DNA of 64,000 nt from positions 700-64,699 of the forward strand of contig CAYPEY010000005.1 of NCBI GenBank assembly GCA_964409955.1. Direction: 5' to 3'. Each line of letters begins with the position of its first letter. Positions within the stretch are counted from its first letter, which is position 1. Positions 51,234-58,850 of the stretch are shown here, one piece after another. The notes under the pieces are model-generated. The model was not told where the DNA came from. It ran no database searches and saw only the letters and a list, made by a program, of their open reading frames with translations. The stretch comes from an uncultured Staphylococcaceae bacterium (GTDB lineage Bacteria > Bacillota_I > Bacilli_A > ML615J-28 > CAG-313). The translations under genes were made by a program, and so were the position numbers.

Positions 51234-51261
51234 GGTTAACATAATATATATTATAGGAAGT
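51234..51261 (-). other. dif: dif chromosome-dimer resolution site (XerC/XerD target)
   Basis: The minus strand reads ACTTCCTATAA-TATATA-TTATGTTAACC. This matches recalled B. subtilis dif ACTTCCTAGAATATATATTATGTAAACT at 25 of 28 positions. It lies in a gene-free region at the point where gene orientation converges, 1.6 kb from xerD. Confidence 0.85.
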
Positions 51262-51276
51262 TAAACACAAATATAA

Positions 51277-51310
51277 AAACTAGTTCAATTAAATAAATAA
51301 ACTAGTTCAA
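51277..51310. repeat. Two copies of AAACTAGTTCAA (each holds the 8-bp palindrome AACTAGTT), 22 bp apart
   Basis: Identical 12-mers at 51277-51288 and 51299-51310, 16 bp from dif. Confidence 0.8.
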
Positions 51311-51456
51311 CTCGTATAGATTAAGCGTTTATTGGTTAATTTCTACTTGTTTTTTAATTTAAACTAACTCAAAACCACTGCCTATGACTATATTTATTTT
51401 CTCGAATTTTGATGGTTCTTTTAAAATTCACGATATATCGTTTTAAACCGACAACG

Positions 51457-51485
51457 TTGACATTTATTCGTTTTGTTGATAAAAA
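51457..51485 (+). promoter_or_regulatory. Orphan promoter-like element in the terminus region
   Basis: TTGACA (51457-51462), 17-bp spacer, TAAAAA with an upstream TG. The perfect 12-bp palindrome ACGATATATCGT sits at 51430-51441, just upstream. Confidence 0.3.
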
Positions 51486-51547
51486 TCTTATATTCGCTTA
51501 ATTTTAGCCCCAGATTACCATTTAACTTCTACTTCTTATCCCCTCTG

Positions 51548-51561
51548 TGAGCGTTTGAAAT
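51548..51561 (+). repeat. Copy C of the TGAGCGTTCGAAAT motif
   Basis: Identical to the 14-mer at 45038-45051. It forms a direct repeat with copy B, and the two bracket the dif region. Confidence 0.8.
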
Positions 51562-51602
51562 TTTAAAACCTTAACAACCAATTGTTCGTTTTATTTAAAA
51601 GC

Positions 51603-51640
51603 AACAAAAAAAGGACTAAATTTTGTAATTTAGTCCTTCT
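51603..51640. terminator. Bidirectional terminator overlapping the 3' end of the PHP gene
   Basis: Perfect 12-bp stem aaggactaaatt/aatttagtcctt with a 3-nt loop, flanked by A7 and a T-run. Confidence 0.85.
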
Positions 51641-52443
51641 ATTTTGTCTACCGGTTCAAGTCCGATTTTTTCTACTATTTCATAAATATATAAAGTGTAT
51701 TCATCTTGAATTCTGTTAGGTGCGTGTGCATCATCATTAATCATAACTTTAGCGTTCATCGATTTTGCAAGTTCCCAAAACTCACGTCTTGGATACGCAA
51801 AATTAATTCCTTTATCATCGTAAAATTCTTTTCTTTGATAAAACGAATTTCTAACACCATTAACATTAATTTCTAAGATTACGTTGTTTTCGATTGCAGA
51901 GGTGATGATTTGTTTTGATGCTTCTATTACTTCATCATTCCATTCTCTAATGTTCCACATAAAGATTTCTGGATGTGCTACTACCTTAAATAAGCCACTT
52001 TCAATCCCGTCAACAATCGTTTGTGCATAAATTTTAATTTCGTCAGCTGTAAGAGGTTGATAAATACTCTTATAACCATCTTTTACTTTAATGTAATGTT
52101 GACCAAGTATCATTAAATCTAAATCTCTTTGAAATTTCGGATAAATCGGTTTTAGTTCATCTAAGTATTCGATTTCAACACCTTTAAAGATATTAACCTT
52201 ATCACCTAGATTATTTTTAGCTCTATTTAAATGATCTAAGTAAATTTCATCATATTGTTCCATTGTCATTCGACGAGATTTTAACTTCTTTTGAAGAAAT
52301 TTTGGAAAAGGTCCATGGTCAGTGATTGCAATAGAATGATATCCCAACTCTATAGCACGTTTTACATAGTCTTCAACATCACCTATTGCATGTTTGCATA
52401 AAAATGTATGAGTATGATAATTTGATTTAATCTTTGTTTTCAT
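51616..52443 (-). CDS. PHP-domain phosphoesterase (HisJ-family histidinol-phosphatase-like)
   Basis: 275 aa. NYHTHTFLCKHA, ITDHGP, GVEIEY, AHPE and NDDAH metal-ligand pattern. Confidence 0.85.
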   Translation of the reverse strand: MKTKIKSNYHTHTFLCKHAIGDVEDYVKRAIELGYHSIAITDHGPFPKFLQKKLKSRRMTMEQYDEIYLDHLNRAKNNLGDKVNIFKGVEIEYLDELKPIYPKFQRDLDLMILGQHYIKVKDGYKSIYQPLTADEIKIYAQTIVDGIESGLFKVVAHPEIFMWNIREWNDEVIEASKQIITSAIENNVILEINVNGVRNSFYQRKEFYDDKGINFAYPRREFWELAKSMNAKVMINDDAHAPNRIQDEYTLYIYEIVEKIGLEPVDKIEGLNYKI

Positions 52444-53482
52444 ATTTTACTCCAAATAACATTTTTGGGTCATCTTCTTTCATTATTTTCATCCAACGAG
52501 CACTTCTTCCTTTTCCAAGTGGCATAATTACGCCCATGTCACGCAGTTTAAATAAGCTTCTATTAATTGTAGAATCGCTCGCATCAGGATGATATCTTCT
52601 CACATCGTCTTTTGTGAAAAACTCAGGAACTTTATGATAGATAGTTTCTTCAATAACATCACTTTTAAACGCATGTGATTGAAAAGCATAATTTTTTAAT
52701 ACTACATCAAGATCATCATAAGCTTCTTGAATCATTTTAAACATAAGTCTAACAAGACCACTCGCTTGAAGATAGTTTTCTGTATAATTCAAACTCCCCA
52801 GCCTTACCTCTTCTTTTATTTTTGTTAAATTTTTATATAATAACTCAAAAAAACTCACATATCTAAAGGCTTCAACTTTTGAATACAACATCATATAATA
52901 CATCGCAAGATAGGTTGCCATTTCATTATAGTTTGTATATGGTTCAATGTTAGTCATTTCCATAAAAGCAATAACAGATAAAAATATCGGTTCGAAAATT
53001 CGATTATTACTAAAATTAAAATATTCTTCTAAGACTTTTTCATAAACCAACCTTTTACTTATTGGTTTAATGTTTTTCTTTCCTTTAAACATATCTTTAG
53101 AAAAACTAACTTTACCCTTTCCAAAAATAATATTTAAATAATCTTGAACATCACTGCCATTAAAAGGCAAATTATTAGTAGTATCTCTTGTGATTAAAGT
53201 TAAGACTTTTTTAATTCCTACTATCGCTTCTTCTTGCTTATTTTTAGGAATAGAATCTTTTGTTATCAAAAGTCTTAATCTATTTTCAGTGATTTCAAGT
53301 CCTAATAAACAAGCTACAAAGAATGTATCTTTATCAAGAGTATCTTTTATTAAAACATCTTTTTTATCACCTATTTTTATTAAATATTCATTATTCATTC
53401 CAAGGAGTTTATAAGTATCTAACATGTCCATTAACACATCCGATGGAATGCTGTAATGTTTTAAAACTTCAAAATTATTCAT
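52427..53482 (-). CDS. Fic-like protein with a degenerate active site and C-terminal wHTH
   Basis: Tracked TTG start is 53530. The ATG at 53482 follows SD gaggt. EPYTNYNEMATY occupies the HPFxxGNGRxxR position. The C-terminus DASDSTINRSLFKLRDMGVIMPLGKGRSARW is a Fic-type wHTH. It overlaps the PHP gene by 17 nt. Confidence 0.6.
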   Translation of the reverse strand: MNNFEVLKHYSIPSDVLMDMLDTYKLLGMNNEYLIKIGDKKDVLIKDTLDKDTFFVACLLGLEITENRLRLLITKDSIPKNKQEEAIVGIKKVLTLITRDTTNNLPFNGSDVQDYLNIIFGKGKVSFSKDMFKGKKNIKPISKRLVYEKVLEEYFNFSNNRIFEPIFLSVIAFMEMTNIEPYTNYNEMATYLAMYYMMLYSKVEAFRYVSFFELLYKNLTKIKEEVRLGSLNYTENYLQASGLVRLMFKMIQEAYDDLDVVLKNYAFQSHAFKSDVIEETIYHKVPEFFTKDDVRRYHPDASDSTINRSLFKLRDMGVIMPLGKGRSARWMKIMKEDDPKMLFGVKYENKD

Positions 53483-53589
53483 AGTACTAACCTCACTTGT
53501 AATTATATCTAAAATCAATATTTTTCGCAAGTAATTTTGTAAAAAAAATAAGTAAACAAGAGTTTTAAGAGACTTCTTGTTTACTTTAT

Positions 53590-54486
53590 TTATTTATTTT
53601 TTTTATTTTCTATTTTATTAAAAACGAGTGGTGCTAAAAAGAATCCGCCAAATGCAATTAAAAAATGCATAACGAACACAAAGAAATAATTACTATGAAT
53701 TGGATCTGGAATTAACGAATACACTAAATAAAATCCGCCAACTATTACTAGTCCGATCAAAATTCTTATAATTCTATGTTTTGTATTTTTAGTATCATTA
53801 AATTTCACAAATCTTTTTTCTAAAAGATTCCCAATAACATATCCTTCTAGCATTCCAATACTTTTCATACCATCTTTTTCAAGTCCAAAGAAAAGACATA
53901 CTAAAAAGAATATAGCAAGCACTAAAAACATAATATCTACTTTATCTTTTAACACATCATATAATTTGTTTAACCCAATTGTCACAAGCACTCCAAGAGT
54001 TACACCTACAAGCACATCACTTGGAAAATGAACTCCAAGATAAAGTCTTGTTAATGCGATAGTTACGATTAAACATATTAAAAGAATTCTAACAAATTGA
54101 TTTTTACCCTTATAATTAATAAAAAGACCAGAATAGAGACTTGCGGCATTTTGAGAGTGTCCGCTAGGAAACGATGAACCTGTTGCGCCATCAGATAAAG
54201 ATGTATCCGAAAGACTTCTTAAATACTCTTTACCCTCGTGTTCAAAAGGTCTTTTTCTCATTATTAAACCTTTTAATAAATTATTTAAAGACATCGAAAC
54301 TACAAGCCCAAGTCCAAGACGGCGTCCGGTTTCTTTATTTATAATCCAATATGTTACAAACATTATAACAACTAGTGTGATACCACCAAGAATTGTTGTT
54401 AAGAAATAATTTAAATAATCCATAAATGGCGATTTAATTTTTTCAAATAAATCAAGTATTTTCCATTCGATTAAAAGTGCAGCCAT
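53590..54486 (-). CDS. PAP2-family membrane phosphatase
   Basis: 298 aa. KRPF, PSGHS and SRLYLGVHFPSDV motifs. Confidence 0.88.
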   Translation of the reverse strand: MAALLIEWKILDLFEKIKSPFMDYLNYFLTTILGGITLVVIMFVTYWIINKETGRRLGLGLVVSMSLNNLLKGLIMRKRPFEHEGKEYLRSLSDTSLSDGATGSSFPSGHSQNAASLYSGLFINYKGKNQFVRILLICLIVTIALTRLYLGVHFPSDVLVGVTLGVLVTIGLNKLYDVLKDKVDIMFLVLAIFFLVCLFFGLEKDGMKSIGMLEGYVIGNLLEKRFVKFNDTKNTKHRIIRILIGLVIVGGFYLVYSLIPDPIHSNYFFVFVMHFLIAFGGFFLAPLVFNKIENKKNK

Positions 54487-54494
54487 ATTTACCT

Positions 54495-55268
54495 CTAATT
54501 ATAAATACGATATTTTCTAATATTCTCACGTTTTAAGATTTTTGATGCTTTAGAAAGTTCGATTAGGGTTTTAACCTCATGAACAGTTAATTTTCTTACC
54601 TCTCCTTCTTTTAAAGTACCAAGTTGAATATTCCCAAATCTAATTCTTGTAAGACGTTTTACTTCATGTCCTACCGCTTTAAACATTTCTTTTACTTGAT
54701 GGTTCATACCTTGAGTTAAAGTGATTCTTACAAGCGATGAGTTGTTAGTTTTATCTAAGTCTTCAATATCTACAAGGCATGGCAGGGTCACTTTATTTTC
54801 AACCATAACGCCTGTTTCTAATTTCTTAACAGTTGCTTGATTGATCAAACCTTTAACCCTTACTAGATATTCTTTTTGAACACCGCTCTTAGGTCCTGTC
54901 ATCATATTCATGAATTCTCCATCATTTGTTAGAAGGATAATCCCTTTTGTATCATAATCAAGGCGTCCTACCGGATATAGCCCCTTACCTTGAAATTCAG
55001 TAGGTAAAAGATCAATGACCGTTTTCCTTCCCACTTCATCTGAAACTGATGAAATAATACCTCGTGGTTTATTTAATACAATATAAAGTGGACTTTGTTT
55101 TGTAAGTAATACTCCATCTACCATAACATCATCTTTAGTTGATACTTTTGTTCCAAGTTCGGTTACAACTTCATTATTTACTTTAACACGCCCTTCAAGT
55201 ATTAATTCTTCAGCTTTTCTACGTGATGCAACACCGCTTGATGCAATTCTTTTTTGTAATCTTTCCAT
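54495..55268 (-). CDS. rluB: 23S rRNA pseudouridine synthase (RsuA/RluB family)
   Basis: 257 aa. S4 domain RLQKRIASSGVASRRKAEELI and catalytic GRLDYDTKG. A TTGCTA-17-TATAAT promoter lies upstream on the minus strand (about 55296-55324). Confidence 0.88.
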   Translation of the reverse strand: MERLQKRIASSGVASRRKAEELILEGRVKVNNEVVTELGTKVSTKDDVMVDGVLLTKQSPLYIVLNKPRGIISSVSDEVGRKTVIDLLPTEFQGKGLYPVGRLDYDTKGIILLTNDGEFMNMMTGPKSGVQKEYLVRVKGLINQATVKKLETGVMVENKVTLPCLVDIEDLDKTNNSSLVRITLTQGMNHQVKEMFKAVGHEVKRLTRIRFGNIQLGTLKEGEVRKLTVHEVKTLIELSKASKILKRENIRKYRIYN

Positions 55269-55452
55269 AAAAGTCTCCTTGCTATAAAATCATCTTTAAT
55301 TATACCAAAAATAACATTTTATAGCAACCAATAAACACAAGATTTGCGGCGAAATTTGGGGGTGTTTTTGCATTTTTAATCAAAATTCAAGTATTTATTC
55401 GTATTCGTTTTATTTAAGTAAAAACACGCTTTTTTAAGTTTTATTAAAATTG

Positions 55453-56769
55453 TTACATAAACATAATGTAATATATTGGCATATACACTATTTTACCTTT
55501 TTGAACTACATTTCTTTCATTAGATAAAACAAAAGCTTTTTTTATTTTATATTCTTCATTTATAATAAAATTATTCAAGGCACTATGAACATTATAATCT
55601 TTACCTACTTTTACTTCAATAAGAACTACAGATAAACTATCATAATCATCAATTAAATAATCTACTTCTCCTTTATTTCTATTATCATAGTAAAATAATT
55701 TATGATTATGGGCAACTAACTCACTAGCGACAATCGTTTCATATACCGAACCTAAATTTACGCTTTTTTCATTATCTAAAACTGCTCTAATATTATTTCC
55801 ATACAAAACATTAGTTAAAAGCCCTACATCATTTAAATATAGTTTTAAAAGATTTTTACTAGTAGATTCGACCAAAGGAAAAACCGGATTAGAAATCGCC
55901 TGAACATTAAGCGCGATTCCTGCACTTATTAAATATTCAAACTCGTCAGAATAATCATTAAAAGTTTTACCTCTTTTATTTTCAATATTTTGGACAACAA
56001 CGCGCTTTTTCTTATTTTCCATATTTGAAGGAATAAGATCATAAATCTTACGAATTTTAAGTTTTCTTTCATTATCATATTTAGAAGCATCCGCTTTATA
56101 GTACTCTTGAATTTCAGCTTGAATTTCTCTAACCACTTTAATATTTTTCTCTTTTAAATACGCATTTACCGCATCAGGAAAGCCACCCACTAATAAATAC
56201 TTGCAAAATAAATCCATAATTTTGTTATGCACATTTTCATCTAAAGTTTCCATCTTCTCAAACTTAGTCTTTAGTGAAGAAACAGTTAATTGATTCATCC
56301 CGTTAGCATACAAAAATTCTTCAAAATCCAACGGAAACATTCTAACCTTTCGAATACTTCCCATTGGAATGGATGGAGTTTCAAACAAAGTAACCCCTAG
56401 TAGCGATCCGCTTGCAACATATTTGAAACGATCATCTTTAACCAAAAATTTTAATAAAGTAAGTAAATGTGGATAAGCCTGAATTTCATCAATAAAAATA
56501 AGCGTATTTTCTTTTTCTTTCATTTTATCGCCATAAATCATACTCACTTGAAGATAAAAATCTTCTACTGTGTTTACTTTTTCAAATAATCTCGGACCAA
56601 TACTGTCTTCAACCATATCTATTTCGATATAATTTTCAAAAAGTTTAGTTCCTACATGACGAATAATATAGCTTTTTCCTATTTGACGTGCTCCATCAAT
56701 TAATAAAATTTTTTTAGAATCAGATTTCAAATGATTTTCTATTAAACTTTCAATTTTTCTAAACAGCAT
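55453..56769 (-). CDS. AAA_14 ATPase with a C-terminal DUF4143 (PD-(D/E)xK-like) domain
   Basis: 438 aa. Walker A GARQIGKS, Walker B LIFIDEIQ and C-terminus GEVDYLI...VVLIEVKVG. Confidence 0.85.
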   Translation of the reverse strand: MLFRKIESLIENHLKSDSKKILLIDGARQIGKSYIIRHVGTKLFENYIEIDMVEDSIGPRLFEKVNTVEDFYLQVSMIYGDKMKEKENTLIFIDEIQAYPHLLTLLKFLVKDDRFKYVASGSLLGVTLFETPSIPMGSIRKVRMFPLDFEEFLYANGMNQLTVSSLKTKFEKMETLDENVHNKIMDLFCKYLLVGGFPDAVNAYLKEKNIKVVREIQAEIQEYYKADASKYDNERKLKIRKIYDLIPSNMENKKKRVVVQNIENKRGKTFNDYSDEFEYLISAGIALNVQAISNPVFPLVESTSKNLLKLYLNDVGLLTNVLYGNNIRAVLDNEKSVNLGSVYETIVASELVAHNHKLFYYDNRNKGEVDYLIDDYDSLSVVLIEVKVGKDYNVHSALNNFIINEEYKIKKAFVLSNERNVVQKGKIVYMPIYYIMFM

Positions 56770-56783
56770 AACACTATCTCCTT

Positions 56784-56859
56784 ACTTTTCAATATGATAT
56801 TGATTATATTTTTATGACTTTTCAATAAAAATAATAAATAAAAACGTGACTTTTCAATA
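56784..56859 (-). repeat. Three direct copies of TATTGAAAAGT (minus-strand reading) upstream of the ATPase gene
   Basis: acttttcaata occurs at 56784-56794, 56817-56827 and 56849-56859, spaced 33 and 32 bp. The proximal copy abuts the SD. Confidence 0.8.
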
Positions 56860-56914
56860 TTTTTTATTCTTTTCTAGTTGATATGTATTTATTAAACGAT
56901 TTAATTCTAAGATA

Positions 56915-57952
56915 TTATTCCATAAAAACGCACTTTTTTGCGATTAATTCATTTTCAAGATAATAATTTATAAAAATAGCTTCATCTGTTTCTATAATTT
57001 CATAATCTATAACTTCATTTTTTAAAACAGGTAAAAGCAGTTCACTCACATCAACCTGTTCATTTATACTTGTTGTAAGATACAAATCAAATAAAGAAAT
57101 TACTTGAACCATTTTATATTTATTAAAAATATATTCTTTTAAGTTTTGATGAAGAGTCCAATCATCACTACATTTAAAAGTTACAACAACAATTTCAAAA
57201 CCATCCTGCTCAAATAAACTAACCAGCGTTCGATGCGCACTTTTCGTATAACCTGTTTTTCCAAGTAACGCAACATTGTTTCTAACAAGGCGATGTTTAT
57301 TTACAAAGTACATCTTCTTACCACTTGCGATAGTTGGATAATATTCTTTTGTACTAGCAATTTTTTTAAACTCTTCATTTTTAGATGCGTACGATGTAAG
57401 CAATGCCATATCATAGGCGGTTGTATAATTTTTGGTTTCTTCATCTAAACCACTGGGGTTATTGAAATAAGAATTCTTCATCCCAATCTTTTTAGCAGTT
57501 TTATTCATTAAATCAATAAAATCTGATTCTTCTCCAGATAAAACAAAAGATAGCACCTTCGCCGCATCATTTCCACTACATAGCATAAGTCCATATAAAA
57601 GATCTCTAATGCTAATAACATCACCACTAGCTAAATATATTGAGGAACCATTTGTTTTTATCATTTCATCAGTTACAACTACAAGACGATCTAAATCATA
57701 ATTTTCAATTGCAACTATACAAGTTAAAATTTTAGTAATGGATGCGGGGAGAAGTTTTTCATAAGCGTTTTTCTCATATAAAATTCTACCTGTTCCAACA
57801 TCCATAACAATTGTACTTCTTGCGTTATCATATATTTTACTATTTACTACCATTTCCGATTTTTCTGTAATTCCAGAAATTATTACAATAATTGCACAAG
57901 CAAGTAACACCAACCATAACCATATTTTTTTCAAGATCATCACCTTATTCAT
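56915..57952 (-). CDS. D-alanyl-D-alanine carboxypeptidase (S11 PBP, DacB/DacF-like)
   Basis: 345 aa with a signal/TM segment. Motifs SITKIL, SGND and KTGYT. Confidence 0.9.
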   Translation of the reverse strand: MNKVMILKKIWLWLVLLACAIIVIISGITEKSEMVVNSKIYDNARSTIVMDVGTGRILYEKNAYEKLLPASITKILTCIVAIENYDLDRLVVVTDEMIKTNGSSIYLASGDVISIRDLLYGLMLCSGNDAAKVLSFVLSGEESDFIDLMNKTAKKIGMKNSYFNNPSGLDEETKNYTTAYDMALLTSYASKNEEFKKIASTKEYYPTIASGKKMYFVNKHRLVRNNVALLGKTGYTKSAHRTLVSLFEQDGFEIVVVTFKCSDDWTLHQNLKEYIFNKYKMVQVISLFDLYLTTSINEQVDVSELLLPVLKNEVIDYEIIETDEAIFINYYLENELIAKKCVFME

Positions 57953-57979
57953 TATAGAAGTAAAGTTTTATTTTTATAA

Positions 57980-58039
57980 CAAAAAAAGATAAAGAACAAA
58001 TCTTTATCTTCTAAAAAAAGGAACCTTTCGGTTCCAAAA
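57980..58039 (-). terminator. Tandem intrinsic terminators downstream of the 58046 gene
   Basis: ggaacc-tttc-ggttcc (58020-58035) followed by T7 on the minus strand, then aagataaaga/tctttatctt (57986-58010) followed by a T-run on the minus strand. Confidence 0.75.
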
Positions 58040-58045
58040 TTAATA

Positions 58046-58773
58046 TTATTGGTTAAAATCTTCATCCGTTACTTCAATGCTTTCACTACTAATTAATAAA
58101 TCAATTACCCTATAAATAGTTTCATTAGTATATTCTTTTACTGCCCTATTGTTTCCGTCAACAATTATATATACAGCATTTATATGAATTGTAATATCGC
58201 CTTCAAGTGTAATAGTATATGCACCAAGCCATGCAGGTTCTACTAACTTATTTTTTGAATATAGCTTATATTCAATAGTGTCAAGCATCGCTAATGCTTT
58301 ATCTTGAATATTCTCTTCAGCAGGATCTAAATAATGTCTTTCCCCAGTACTGACTTCGTATAAAGATATTTTAACATCTTCTAAATTTCCTAATTTATCT
58401 AATTGCTTGGATAAGGATTTCGGCATTAACGATGTAAACAAAATAATTGTTGTAATAATTAAAACAACTAAAGCAGATGATAAGGAGATATAATTGCTAA
58501 TGAATATGAAACTAACATTACATTTTTAAACTTAATTGATAGTGTGTCAGCCACCGCAAGTTGAGTATTTTTATTAATAGGTTCATTAGATTGTAATAAT
58601 TCATCTAATGATATTTCTAACGCTTTACTTAATTCAACTAATATGGATGTATCTGGTACACTTTTACCAGTTTCCCATTTAGAAATAACCTTATCGCTTA
58701 CAAATAGTTTATCAGCTAACTCTTGTTGAGTTAATCCTAATTCTTTTCTTCTTTTTGATATTATATCTTTCAT
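58046..58773 (-). pseudogene. XRE-HTH / single-TM / extracytoplasmic-domain regulator split by a frameshift
   Basis: ORFs 58468..58773 (HTH, ends ...KFKNVMLVSYSLAIISPYHLL*) and 58046..58441 overlap in different frames. Adding one A to the A5 run (T5 on + at 58523-58527) gives a continuous ...KFKKCNVSFIFISNYISLSSALVVLIITTIILFTSLMPKS... Confidence 0.7.
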
Positions 58774-58850
58774 TTAAATGCACCTCCACATTAATTATAT
58801 AATATGACTTTATCATTACCTATCTCCATAATGTGGAAATACTCTACGTT

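Noticed and set aside
55391-56893. 9-bp direct repeat GTATTTATT (55391-55399 and 56885-56893) flanking the AAA ATPase gene, as a possible target-site duplication
   Set aside because: An AT-only 9-mer match between two AT-rich regions of about 150 bp is expected by chance roughly once. There are no terminal inverted repeats or a recombinase.
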